Assembly: GCA_963575745.1 (NCBI GenBank)
Contig: CAUYUJ010000235.1
Coordinates: 1 to 64,000, forward strand
DNA from: Prorocentrum cordatum
Lineage: Eukaryota
Length of the DNA stretch: 64,000 nt
Direction: 5' to 3'
Shown here piece after piece: positions 37,280 to 50,962 of this stretch (positions within the stretch are counted from its first letter, which is position 1; the number at the start of each line of letters is the position of its first letter). The notes below the pieces were generated by a model, which ran no database searches, was not told the origin of the DNA, and saw only the letters and a list, made by a program, of their open reading frames with translations. The translations under genes were made by a program, and so were the position numbers.

Positions 37280-39417
37280 TATTCAGTTGGGGCGCAAGTG
37301 TTCCCGCTTGCCGAACGGACCACATAGACCAGCAGTGGGAAGTTCAAGGAGAAAAGCAGTCGCAAGGGATCTCAGATTGGAGAGGACAGCGAGATTAGTT
37401 ATTGATTGGTTTTAGGAGTCAGTAGCTACGCGCATGTTGGCAACGGAGAAACATTTGCCAGTTCAGGAGCGCTGGGACTCACCAGAAGAGCTTCATGTTT
37501 GAAAGAGTGCCTTCTGCGGACGCTTGGGGGGGGGGCCCCCCGTCCCCTCGAAAGTCGGTGGGTGGGTGGATGGGGGTCGACGACGGTCGGGGGTCCAATT
37601 CCGGCGAAGTGGGCCTAATCTTTGCGACTGGCAGAAATGAGCGGTATTCATGTAGGTTCTCACACATATTGCTCATGCCGCGTGAAGGTATGGAACAGAC
37701 GTGCAAACATTCAAGGAGGTTGAATTAGGTGTTCTGTCTTGCAACGCTGAGACTGGGTCAATGTTCCGTCATTCCGTTTTGTGTTGACACTATTGTTTGC
37801 AATGGAAATTCGCATGATGAGCTTTGCGCGTGGATATGCAGCCTCCAAAGTCTTTCTGACTTTGAAGAGTTCCGCGACATATCGTTCGGGAGCCATCAGG
37901 GCCACCGAGGATTCGGGAGACCGCAATGGCCTTCAACGGCATGCAAGCAATGAGGACCCCTCAAGGATTGCTGGTGATCTGTTCCAAGGGGCCCCAACGA
38001 CCCCCAGACAATCCCCAAGCGGCCGCACATCATTCCAACGATCGCAGAATATCTGCAAGGGCCCACTGGGCATTCAGGGTTCTCCAAGACCTATTACCAC
38101 TGCAGCGTGCACCAGGTGCAATGTATGATCTAGGCTCCCCCCCTTGCTAATGGAATCGAGCTCCCCCCCCCGCTGGATGGGTACGCCCGTGAGCCTCGCG
38201 AAGGCCTCGCGAATGGGATCGTCCCCCCCCTCCCCATGTGGTCGTGGCCCTGTGGGCGTGGCGTAGTGGTGCCCCCCCCCCCCCCTCCCCATGTGGGTTA
38301 GGGGCGGTTAGTCGTCGTCGTCTCGTCGTCGACGACGTCACCGGGGCCGATCTTTCGAGGACTCCCAGGGCTTCTGGACCGTCTGGGCGCTCTCTTGAGG
38401 CCGTCTTGGGCGCCTTTTGGGCCGTCTGGGGGGCCTCCGGCATCTCTGATGGGCACTTGCCGGGGTCTTGCAGGGGACTTGCCGTGATTTTGGCAGGGTA
38501 CTTGTCGCGTCGGGGCCCCCTAGTGGTGGGGGGGCTCATGGAATCTTGCCACCCATCCCATCTGGGGGGTGGGGGCTATGAACCCTCGGCCCTGGATCAT
38601 ACATGCCGTGCACGTTGTGCATGTTGCATGATACGCGGCGAAAGCGTCGTGGTACAATTTACGAGGTGCGAAATACGTGGCGCGTTGTAGTATAAATGTG
38701 TCTATATGTATGTATGCATATACACATATAGATATGTGTGTATGCATGTATATGTATGCGCACATGCCTTTATATAACCATCTATGAATGTACACATTTG
38801 TAGTATGCATGATAACAAGTACACACATGCACGTGGACAGTTGAGCCCTGCCGTAACAAGGGGAGTCTAGGTCACCATCCCCCTGGGAGACCCCTCGGCT
38901 TCGACACCCCCTCTCGAGATCGTCGAGCCGACGGTTTCCCTGAGGGGGCAGGGAGCAGAGCTCCCCCAGATCTAGCGGGTGGATGTGTGTCACTATGAGT
39001 ATGCACATACATGCATCCATACATACATACATGAGTGCATACATGCACACACATATATATATATATATATATATCGATATACACACACGCGAAGGACTTA
39101 CGGCCAGTGCCGCCGACCCTGAAGGCGGGACCTCCCCTGGGGCCCCCGCTGCCTGGCGACCCCCTCGGGGCGGTACTCTGACCCAGGACCCCCCCCGCCA
39201 CCCCCCTCACCCTCCCCCCACCCCCCCAGGACCCCCCCACCCCCAGCAGGGAAGGCATCAAAGGGAAGGAGCCGCCTTTTGACTTAATTACGACGTTTTT
39301 TTCCTTGTTTCTCAGCTTCCTTGGGACTGGCGACGATGACGACGACGACGACGACGACAGCGCAAGCGTCTTCCACACGCCGAGGGGTCGGCATATGCAC
39401 ATACCGGCATATATACA

Positions 39418-41010
39418 ATGTTAGCCAGCGTGGGCCCAAGAGAGTGGGTGTCAGCGTACATGTCATGCAAGATTTTGCTATGTAAATGTGTGTATAGATA
39501 TGGTGCAAGCTATGTGGTGGAAGCTATGTGGTGCAACCTACGTGATGCGAGCTATGTAGTGCAAGCTGTGTGGTGCAATATTTGTGGTGTGAGCCATGTG
39601 CTACAAGGTACGTGGTGCAATGGATGTGGTAGGAGCTACCTTACACATCTGCGTGGTGTTAGCTATGTGGTGTAAGCTACACGGCTCCGTTAATGTGGTA
39701 CGCTCGATGGAGTGTGAGTTATGTGGTGCGAGTTGCGGTTCAATCCATGTTGTGCGATCTACGTGGTGCAACCTAAGTGGTGCAAGTCACTTGTGGAACT
39801 CGCAGTTGTCAACTCCACTGCTCGCGCAATCATCCCACCCACCCACCCGCAGCTTGATTTGCAAAGCGCATGCGGCGGCGATTGCGATAAGTGCTTGGTG
39901 TTGGCTGGTGCACCTCTGCGGCCGCGCTCGCCCGCGCAAGCTCGCGCGCGCAGCGGCCAGCTAGGTTGGCGCGACCGACGCGGCCGCGGTGGCGCTGACT
40001 TCTGGGCAACTCCCAGCGGGCACTTCAGTGCGAGTCGGCGATTTGGGCGGGCGCGGTATCATGGCAACGTCGACGCTGGTCGACACGATGATGATGATGA
40101 TGATGATGGTGATGATGATGCTGATGCTGATGATGATGCTGATGATGATGATGATGATGCTGCTGCTGATGATGCAGGTAGCGACGCTGGTGGCGATGAT
40201 GACAACGGACGGCGGCGGCACGGCCAGTGACGGCGCCGATGCTGATCACGCCGGCGATGATGACAGCGTCCTCGCGTCGGTGATGAAGGTTTGGAAGTAG
40301 TTCGACATGCGCGTGCGGCCGACGCGCGACAGTGGCCCGCATGGTACTATTTGATACGGATCGTGCCGCCCAGCACGCGCGCAAGGGCGCTCGAATGATG
40401 TCGACATGCGGCGCGACAGGCTTGTCTTGCCGAATCGAGTAACAATGGGGAACAAGCGCGAACGCATTTTCGACTGAACAGCAATGTTTTTTTTCCCGTT
40501 TTCGGGGCACTCGACTGTGAAATCCGTCCGAAACCTCGGGTTTTTGACGGGTTCCGGCATGCGCGCGCGAGGACGCGCGCGCGCATCTGGTCCCATCTGT
40601 TGCAAGGGATCTTGCGACAGCACGCGCGCAAGGGCTCTCGAACGATGTCGACATACGCGCGCGATTGTTTTCTTAAGAATTTGCAAGAGCGCGAGCACAA
40701 ACTTTGTTTGAAAATTCGTGTTGCGAAATCATGTGTTTACATGTGTTCGGGACAGTTCATTTTCAAATCCCTACGAACCGGATGGTTTTTGAAGGATTCC
40801 CGCATGCGCCCGCGACGACGCGCGCGTGCGTTTTTCGTCCCATTTTGTTGCGAAGGGTTCTTGCTAATTTACGATTTCTTATGAACGAGTGCGCGCCCAA
40901 TATTTGCTGCAGAGGATGAGGGGGGGAGCCGTTACCGGGTTGGCTGGCATGATGTATTTTGGATGGGCGATGGGGCAGAATCGTGTGTACATTGCAACAC
41001 GAAAAGGGGA
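39418..41010 (-). mobile_element. Interspersed repeat R2, copy 2
   Basis: For example, the reverse complement of 40210-40292 matches 26811-26895. Shared terminus gggcccacgctggctaaca. Confidence 0.8.
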
Positions 41011-41206
41011 GCGGTTAAATCTGAGAGGGGGGAATTCCACAGTCGACCCGCATGGTACGGATGCGTAACATTCCCAAGGGTATCACTACCGCAGTCCATC
41101 CTTGGCAACTTTCGTTGGCCGCGCCCGGCTCGAAAAACTTCGAAACTGGCGCCCAAGGCCCTTGCATCCTTTTCGTGCATCCTTATGATACGGGTCAACT
41201 ATATAA

Positions 41207-41730
41207 ATCGGAGGTTGGGGGGTGAGATCGAACTGGAACGGAGAGCCCCCCACTGGGAAATCGGTTTCGGTTTCGGTTTCGTGTTCGTGCGTGCCGCGCG
41301 TGCGGGCGAGGCGAAGCTGCGTGGGCGGGCGAGAGGGAACTCTCCTGTGGCTGAAGCGCGGCGGGACCACATGATTCCCCCCGCGGCAAACGGGGCCGCG
41401 CGGTGTCCCGCCGATGTGCCGCCGGTGTCCCGCTGGTGTCCCGGTAAGTCTCATGTGGTTGAGGCGCGGCCAAACCAAATGTTTCCCGACCGGCAAACGG
41501 TGCCGCGTGTTGTCCCGCCGGTGTCCTGCCGGTGTCCCGTTGATGTCCCGGTGTCCCGCTGGTGCGAAAACGATAGTGAGACCGATAGTGAGATCAACTG
41601 TGAGATCGATTGAGAAATCGATCGTGAGATCGATCGAATGAGATCGATCGAGTGAGATCGATGGTGAGATCGATTGCGGGATCGACAGCGAGAGCGATAG
41701 TGGGATCTATGGTGAGATGGATTTCAATGA
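41207..41730 (-). mobile_element. Repeat R3, inverted partial copy
   Basis: Reverse complement of 49290-49608, followed by a gatcga tract. Confidence 0.7.
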
Positions 41731-41749
41731 TTGGACACATCCCATGCAG

Positions 41750-43110
41750 TTGCAAACATCTCACCTACCCACCCGCAACTTGGTTTGCAAAACGTCTTAA
41801 GACCGACTACGACGACACCGACGACAACGACTACGACGACACCGACGACGTCTCCGACGACTTCCACGACGACGACAACGACGACGACGACAACTTCGAC
41901 GACACCGACGACGACGACGCCGACGCCGACGACAACGACGATGACGACGCCGACGACGACGACAACGACGACACCGACGACGACGACGCTGATGTCAACG
42001 ACGCCGACGACGACGACGCCGACGTCGACGACGGCGACGACTCCGACGCCGACGACGACGACGACGAAGACGACGACGACGTCGCCAACGAAGACGACGA
42101 CGAGGGTGGAGGGAGGACGACGACGGCGACAACGACGACAACGACGACAACGACGAGGGAGGAGGGAGGACGGCGACGACGCGAACGACGAAGAAGGAGG
42201 AAGGACGGCGACGCCGACGACGACAACGACGAGGGAGGAGGGAAGACGACGACGAACGACGACGACGACGACGGCGACGAAATAGGAGGGACGACGACGA
42301 GACGCCGACGACGGACGACGACGACGACGAGGGAGGAGGAGGAAGGACGACCACGGCGACAACGACGACGGAAACGACCACGACGCCAAAGAGGACGACG
42401 ACGACGAACACGAGGAAAGACAGAGGACGACGTAGGCGACGACGACGACGCGCGGCGACGACGACGACGACGACGACGCAAGAGCGCGCGCGCACGCTTT
42501 TGTTCAAAATCCGTGTTGCGAAACCTTGTGTTGTTGAAGGTTTTTTGGACACACGATTTTGAAATCCTTCCGAAACCGATGGGTTTTGAAGGATTTCGGC
42601 ATACGCGCGCGACGACGCGCGCGTCTGCACTTCGTTTCATTTTTTGCAGAGGATTCTCGCGACGGCACACGCGCAAGGGCGTTCGACAGATTTCGACATG
42701 CGCGCGCGAAGCTCGTTTGGTAGCATGTTGTGAAAATCTTGAAATTCCTATGGTTTTCTTAAGATTTCGCAAGAGCTCGCGCGTAAGCGTTTTTAGCAAA
42801 TCAGTGTTGCGAAACCGTGTGTTTTTGTATGTTGTTTGGAAACTCGATTGCGAAGCCCTTCCGACACCGAAGGTTTTGAAGGATTTTGGCATGCGCGCGC
42901 GACGACGCGCGCGTGCGCACGTCGTCCCGTGTTTTGCAAGGGATTCGTGAAACAAGTCCTATGTTAGAATTAAAAATGTCCCCGCGTGCTGTTTTTTACA
43001 AGGGAACCTCAGGGGGAGCGATACTGGCCCCCCGGGGATAGTGTACATTCATATTTAGGATGGGCATGTGGTCAGAATCGTATGTGATTTACATACCCGA
43101 AAGGGGGACC
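41750..43110 (-). mobile_element. Interspersed repeat R2, copy 3 with (GAC)n expansion
   Basis: 41768-41795 and 42480-43093 match copy 1 in reverse. The middle is replaced by a (GAC)n/(GGA)n tract. Confidence 0.7.
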
Positions 43111-44114
43111 GATAACGCCCGGGAGGTAGAGTTTATTGTTTTCTGAGAAAGGAGAATCGATTGAGTAAGATTGATAGTGAGATCGATCGAGTGAGATCGA
43201 TAGAGAGAGAGATAGTTAGATCGATATTGAGATCGATGGTGAGATCGATGGAGTGAGATCGATAGTGAGATCGATAGTGAGATCGATGGAGGGTGATCGA
43301 TAGTGAGACCGATAGTGGGGTCGAAAACGAGATCGAGAGTGAGATCGACAGTGAAATCGATCGAGTGAGACCGATAGTGCGATCGATCGAGTGAGATCGA
43401 CAGTAAGGTCGATAGTGAGATTGATCGTGGGATCGATAGTGAGACCGATAATTAGATGCAAATCGAAATGCAGATCGAAAGGCAGATCGAAAAGCAAATC
43501 GACATGCACATCGATAAGCAAATGCAAATGCAAATCGTCAGGCACATCGACATCCTGTGCTGTATGCTGTGCCAAGAGCGAGCGGCAACGCAACAATCTC
43601 TGAACATCAAGGCTCCCAGTACGAACGTTGGCGGAACAGGCTCTTAAGGGTCGCTCCAAGAAGCTCCCGGGAGGCCCCAAGAGGCCCCCAAGAAGCCCAA
43701 AAAGGCACCCAAGAGGCCCACAAGAGCCCCCATAAGAGGCCCCCAAGAGCCCCCCTAGGTGTCCAAAAGACGCGCCCAAACGGCCCCCCCAAGCCCTTGC
43801 AAAATGAACGAAATACTTGATGATTTCATTAGTTCCCGTGGGGGGGACTGGTACCAAGGCGCCCAAGAGCGAAGGGTGACGTAAACAACTTGACACCAAG
43901 GCCCCCAAGAGCGAGCGGCAACGCAACAATCTCCACTGGCATCGTCAGAACAACAATTACCACTGTTGCCCATTGCTGGCCCCCTCCCCCCCAAACCTCC
44001 TTATCAACCGCAGGGTGGTCGTATAGGGTAGTCGTTTGGGAAAGGGAATCTATACAGTGCAAAGTATGCGGAGCGAGCTGTAGTGATGCAACAGGTGTAA
44101 ATATACACATCCAT

Positions 44115-46466
44115 CTCGAAGACGCCTACGACGAATCACCGCCGACCCCTGTCTTTTGGAATCGCCCATGTGGCCGAGCGTTGTCGCAAGAGCTTTGCCC
44201 CACCTGCCGTTGTAGGAACCCTTCGGGGAACATTTGCGGCAGGACGGCGGGGAAGATCAGGAGGAGGAGGAGGAGGGGCGGAATCTTGGGAGCTTATGGG
44301 GGCTTCACGGGGGCCTCTTTGGCCGTTTTGGGGGGCCTCTCTGGGCCGACTTGGGGCCCTCCTGGGGTGCTCCAGGGCCGTCTTGGAGGCCATCTAGGGC
44401 GTCTTGGAGGCCACTTGGGCCGTCTTGGGAACCTCTTGAGGCCGTCTTGGGAGCCTCTTGGGCCGTTCTGAGGCCATATTGCAGGCCTCTTGGGCGATCT
44501 TGGGGCGATCTTTGGGGGCTCGTGGGCCGTCGGGAGGCCGAAAAGAAGCAGATGCCGAATCCTTCAAAAACCTAGCGAACATCAATGATTTTGACCTCTT
44601 CGGGTCTTCCTGGAGGCCCTTTTGGGGGCCTCGTGGGCTGTCTTTGAGACCTCTTGGAGGCCTCTTGGGCTGTCTTGGGCCATCTTCGAGCCATCATCGG
44701 TCGTCTTGATGGCCTCCTGACCCGTTTGACGCCGTCGGAAGCCGTTTTGGGGGCCTCTCTGGGCCCTCTTGGGGTGCTCCAGGGCAGTCTTGGAAGCCAT
44801 GTAGGGCGTATCGGAGGCCTCTTGGGCCGTCTTGGGCCCCTCTTAGGGTCGTTTCGGGAGCTTCTTAGGCCGTTCTGGGGCCATCTTGGAGGCCTCTTGG
44901 GCGATCTTGGGGCCATCTTTGGGGGCTCTTGGGCCGTCTCGGGCCGTCGGGAGGTCGAAAAGAAGCAGATGCCAACATCCTTCAAACACCTAAGGAAACT
45001 CAATCATTTCGGCAGCTTCGGGCCTTCCTGGAGGACCTCTGGGAGATCTCGTGAGCCGTCTTGGAGGCCTCTTGGGCCGTCTTGGAGGCCTCTTGGAGGC
45101 CTCTGGGGCCGTCTTGGAGGCTTCTGGGGCGAACTTGGAGGCATCGTGGACTCTCTTGGGCAGCCTTCGTGGCCATCTTGGACCACCTTGGGCGAACTTG
45201 GAGGCCGTCTTGGCCGTCGTGGAGGCCATCTTGGAGCCATGACCGGTAACAGTTTGGCAACCACCTTTTCCGGGTGGCCAGCGGGACGGGCCGAAGCCCC
45301 AGTGGAGAGTTCCTTTAGAAAGGACCAAAACCAAACCGTAAGAAGTTCAGCACGCCAGGCACCCCTGTGATAAATCAACAGGGGGCGGCAGATCGAAGAC
45401 GCATACGGCGAATCACCGCCGCCCCCTGCCTTTTTGGAAGCGCCTATGTGGCCGAACGTTGAGGCCAGACCTGCCAAGCCATCGGACCATGTGTTCCCCG
45501 AATCGGTTTGGAAAGCCTTCAGGGAACACGTGGGCATCTTGAAGGTCATCTTGGCCGTCTTGGAGGCCTCGTGGGCGACCTTTCGGCGATCTTTGGGGGC
45601 TCTTGGGCCGTCTCGGGCCGTCGGAAGGCCGAAAAGAAGGAAATGCCAAAATCCGTCAAAAACCTTAGAGAAATCAAAGTGTTTGGCCTTCTCCCTCCTT
45701 CGTGCAGGCCCTCTTGGGGCCTCTTGGGCCGTCTTGGGCCAGCTTCGAGCCAACTTCGGCCATCTTGGTGGGTTCCTGGCACGTCTGACGCCGTCGGGAG
45801 CCGTCTTAGGGGCCTTTCTGGGCCAACGGGGGACCCTCTTGGGGCGCTTCGGGGCTGTCTTGGAGGCCATCTTGGGCGTCTTGGAGGCCATCTTTGGCGT
45901 GCTGGAGGCCTCTTGGGCCGTCTTGGGGCCCTCTTGGGGCCATCTTGGAGGCCACTTGGGCCGTCATGGGGCCCTCTTGGGGGCCTCTTGGGCGATCTTG
46001 GGGGCCTCTTGGGCCGTCTTGAGCCGTCGGAATGCCGAGAAGAAGCAAATTCCGAAATCCTTCAAAACCTAAGGAAAATCAATGATTTTGGCCTCTTCGG
46101 GCCCTCCTGGAGAACCTCTTGGAGGCCTCTTGGGCCGTCTGGGAGGCCTCTGGAGGCCTCTTGGGCCGTCTTGGGCCATCTTCGACTCTCTTGGGCCGTC
46201 TTGGAGGCCGTCTTGGACCATCTTGGGCGGACTTGGAGGCCATCTTGGGCCATCTTCGCGATTGTTTGAGGATGTCCCGAGCGAAACGGCCGTTTCTTGA
46301 GCCATCTTGGAGGATTTTTTCCGGATTGAGCAACTTTCCGGGTGGCCGGCGGGACGGGCCGGAGCACCAGGCGGAGTTAATTCTTTGGAAAAAGAACCAA
46401 AACCAAAACCGAGAGGATTCAGCACGCCAGGCACCCCTGCGATGAATCGACAGGTGGCGGCGGATC
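44115..46466 (+). mobile_element. Two head-to-tail copies of a GGCCTCTTGGG-rich repeat
   Basis: Both start tcgaagacgc(c/a)tacg(a/g)cgaatcaccgccg (~44116, ~45393) and end cagcacgccaggcacccctg...acagg(g/t)ggcggc(a/g)gatc (~45394, ~46466). Confidence 0.75.
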
Positions 46467-47292
46467 TAGTGGCCTTCGGCCCATCCCACCACTGTGCTTG
46501 TGTTGTGGGTTAGAGGCCTCGGTGGGAGGCCTCTCGGGGGGTTCTCGGAGGCAGCTTTGAGGCATATTGGGGGCCTCTTGGGGCATCTTGTTAGGCCTCT
46601 TGGGGGGCCTCTAGAGGGCCTCTTGAGCTCTCTTAGGGTTAGGGGCCAATTTGGGCCTCCTGGGGGCCTATTGGGGCGGAAGGCTCGAATTGTCGGTTCG
46701 TGTTCCCCCTCTTGGGGCCCTCTTGGGCGATCTTGGGCGCCTTTTAAGCCGTCTTGGGGCCCTCTTGGACCGTCTTGGGGCCCGCTTGGGAGCCTCTTGG
46801 GCCGCCTTGGGGCGGTCTTGGAGGCCTCTGGGGTCATCTTGGAGCGTCGGAAGCCCGAGAACGCGAAAAGCATGGAAAACCACATGGAAGCTCAATGATG
46901 TTTGCTTGTTGGGGCCCTGTTGGGGGTCCTCTTGGGGCGCTCTTGGGGCTTCCTTAGAGGCCTCTGGGGCCGTCGTGGGGCCACCTTGGGCGTCTTGGAG
47001 TGCTCTTGGGTTGCCTTGGAGGCATCTTGGGGCCCCTTGGGAGGTTTCTGGGGCCCTCTTGGCCCGTCTGGGGCCCTCCGGCCTTTGGAAAGTCACACGG
47101 GGCAGCCGAGAAACGCGTGGGATCGCCCAGGAAATCTGAGGATCGGGGGCCCCAGCGCCCTTGGAGTGGTATCATCCCCCAGTGCTGGAGCACAGAGAAC
47201 AGAGAACACATGAGAGTTCGGGGGGTAACTCCACTTCGTGACTCGAAGCACCGTGGCGGATACACACATGCATGTGTGTATATAGATATATA

Positions 47293-48073
47293 CAAGACTG
47301 CAGTGGCGCTTCGCGCCATGCACCTTGGTCCTTGAAGATTGGTATGCAGGCGGAAATGGCAGGAAGGTCAAGCGGACAATTTTGCGATAACTCCTTGTTG
47401 CCTTTGCTGGCATCCCCGTTATAATAATGTTGTTCGTGCTCCCTTCTCCATGCTTATTTTTCTTCATTTCTTGCGGAGGCTCCTCCTTGGAGGGCCCCTG
47501 GGGGCCTCACCAAAGTTCTCGGGCTTCCTTAAAGCCTTCTGGAGGCCTCCTGGGCGTGTTCTGGGGGCCTCTGGGGCTTCCTAAGGCCAACCTGCCTCTA
47601 ACCGCAGTCTCCCTGAACGCCCCGGTCACGATTTGGAATGCTTCGGAGGGTGTCTTGGGGCCATCTTGGGCCGCCATGGGGCTCTCTTAGGGCCATTTTG
47701 GATCCCTGGTGTGCCGTTATGGGGCTCTCTTGGACTGCCTGGAAGCCCTTTCGGATGGTTGCGGGGCGATTCTGGAGCCTCCCAGGCGACTTCGGACGCC
47801 CAGAAGACCGCTGTCTTGGAGCGTCTGGAAGCCGAAAAGAGGAGAACCCGAAATTCACCAAAAACCTACATTAAGTTTATGATTATTCTCTCTAGGGGCC
47901 TTCTTGGGGGTGCTCTTGGAGGCGTCTTGGTACGTTTTAGAGCGATCTTTCGGGGTATGACGGCTTCTTGGAGCGCTTTTGTGCGGTCTTGGGGTTCTCT
48001 GGGACGTCTCCGATGACCCTCCTGATCGCCCTAGGTGTGATGCGAAGGCTTGACAAAACGCCCCGCGAGGCCC
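47293..48073 (-). mobile_element. Interspersed repeat R1, copy 3 (5'-truncated, inverted)
   Basis: Reverse complement of ~15235-16055. Confidence 0.85.
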
Positions 48074-48129
48074 ACATGTATGTATATACGACTGTTGATG
48101 GATAAGTATATACATAAATATACCTATAC

Positions 48130-50634
48130 GAGCACCCTTCGGGTGATAAGGAGGTGCGGGGGGGAACCAACGTCTCACTCGATCGGTCTCATTATCGATA
48201 TCACGATCGATATCACTATCGGTCTCGCTCGATCGATCTCACTCGATCGATCTCATTCGATCCATTTCATTCGGTCGATCTCACAATCGATCTGACTATG
48301 GATATCACAGTAGATCTCCCTATCGATCTCACTATCGATCCCATAATCGATTTCACACTCGGTATCACGATCGGTGTCACGATCGATATCACGATCGATC
48401 TCACAATCAACGCAATCATCATCAACAACAACATCATCGTCACCAACGTCATCAACATCATCCTCATCATCATCGGGACACCATCATCACCATCACTCCA
48501 TCACCATCATCATCACCATCATTGGGGCGCCGTCATCGTCACCATCATCATCATCAACACCATCATCATCGGGACACCATCATCATCATCGGAACACCAC
48601 CACCATCATCATCCCATCATCATGAACAACATCATCATCATCGGGACACCAGCATCATCATCAGCAACATCATAATCATCATCGGGACACCATCATCATC
48701 GTCACCATCAGCATCATCAGCGACATCATCATCGGGACACCATCATCGACATCAGCATTATCATCATCACCATCATCGGGCCACCATCATCGAAATCAGC
48801 AGCATCGCCTCATCATGATCCTCATCGTCAACATCATCATCATCGGGACACCATCAGCAATATCATCATCATCATCAGCATCACCATTACTATCATCGGG
48901 ACATCATTATCATCACCATCATCATCAACAGCATCATATTTAATCTCATAAGCATCCTTGGGGCACCCTCATCATCCTCATCATCATCCTATCATATTCA
49001 TAATCCCATCATCATCATCAACGACATCTTCAGGATCATCGAATTTATCATCATCACCATCGGGACACCATCACCATCATCAGCAACATCATCATCGTCA
49101 ACATCATCATCATCATCATCATCGGGGTACCATCATCATCACCATCATCAGCACCATCATCATCATTATCAACATCGTCAGTATCATCATCATCATCATC
49201 AGGACACCATCCTCACCTCACCACGATCACCATCATCATCATCATCATCATCAACCTCATCGACATCATCATCATCATCATCAGCATCATCGGGACACCG
49301 ACGGGACACCGGCGGGACACCGGCGGGACACCGGCGGGACACCGCGGGCCACCGGACGCCGGAAGGGAGTCATTTGGTCCGGCCGCGCCTCAGCCACAGT
49401 GGGACACCGGCGGGACACCGCGGGCCACCGGCCCCCGGAAGGGAGTCATTTGGTCCTGCCGCGCCTCAGCCACAGGAGACTTTCTTCTCGCCCGCCCAGG
49501 CAATTTCGCCTCGCCCGCACGCACGGCACGCACCCACACGAAACCGAAATCGATTTCCCAGTAGGGGGGCTTTCCGTTCCACTTCGATCTCACCCCCTCA
49601 CGTCCGATACACACAAACATGTGTATATACCCATACTACCACCTTTCGGGTGATAAGGAAGTTCGGGGGGGGAGGAACCAACGTCTCACTCAATCGGTCC
49701 CACTATCGATCTCACTATCGGTCTCGATCGAGTCTACAATCGATCTCACTCGATCTATTTCATTCGATCGATCTCACAATCGATATGATTATCCATCTCA
49801 CAATCGGTTTCAGTATCGATCTCACAATCGATATCACACCTGGTTTCACGATCGATCTCACGATCGGTATCACAATCGATAGCACAATCAACGTCATCAT
49901 CATCAACAGCATCATCGTCATCAACGTCATCAACATCACCACCTCATCACCGTCATCATCAACATCATCATCATCACCTCATCATCATCGGGACACCATC
50001 ATCATCATTCCATCACCATTATCAGCAACAGCATCGTCATCATCATTACCATCATCATCAGGACACAGTCACCGTCATCATCAACACCATTAACAAGATC
50101 ATCATCGGGACACCCGCATCATCACCATCATCGGAACACCACCATCATCATATCATCATCATGAACAACATTTTCAACATCATCATCATCGGAACACCAT
50201 CCTCATCATCGACAGCATCAACCACGTCATCATCATCTGGACGCCATCATCATCGTGACACCATCATCATCATCAACATCATCATCGATACACCATCGTC
50301 AACATCAGCATCATCATTATCATCATCATCGGGCCACCATCATCAAAGTTATCATCATTGACTCATCATCACTCTCAACATCAACATCATCATCAGGACA
50401 CCATCATCGTCATCATCAGCATCAGCATCATCATTGGGAAACCATCATCATCACCCTCATCATCAGCATCATCACCAACCTCATTTTCATCATCGGGACA
50501 CCATCATCATTTTCAGCATCATTATCATGATACCATCACCATCATCATCTCATCATCATCATCAACATCATCATGATCATCAACATCACCATTATCATCT
50601 GGACACCATCATCAACATCATCATCATCATCAAC

Positions 50635-50666
<32 letters not shown>

Positions 50667-50962
50667 CGGGACACCGACAGGGCACCGGCGGGACACCGCG
50701 GGCCACCAGACGCCAGAAGGGAGTCATTTGGTCCGGACGCGCCTCAGCCACAGCGGGACACCGGCGGGACATCGCGGGACACCGGACGCCCGAAGGGAGT
50801 CATTTGGTTTGGCCGTGCCTCAGCCACAGGAGACTTTCCTCTCGCCCGCCCACGCAGCTTCGCCTCGCCCGCACGCACGGCACGCAAGAACACGAAACCG
50901 AAATCGATTTCCCGGTAGGGGGGCTTTCCGTCCCACTTCGATCTCACCCCCTCACCTCCGAT
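48130..50962 (+). mobile_element. Two tandem copies of composite repeat R3 (ATCGAT tract + CAT tract + conserved end)
   Basis: Units 48130-49608 and 49637-50962 share the start acc(c/t)ttcgggtgataagga and the end cacttcgatctcaccccctcac(g/c)tccgata. Inverted partial copy at 41207-41730. Confidence 0.8.

Noticed and set aside
25995..41010. Inverted R2 copies flanking the copia as giant TIRs of one element
   Set aside because: The copies are diverged, differ in length, and further copies or fragments exist (41750-43110, 2690-2975); a chance arrangement is more likely.
41805..42478. Acidic poly-Asp ORF 41652-42950
   Set aside because: A (GAC)n expansion inside repeat R2.
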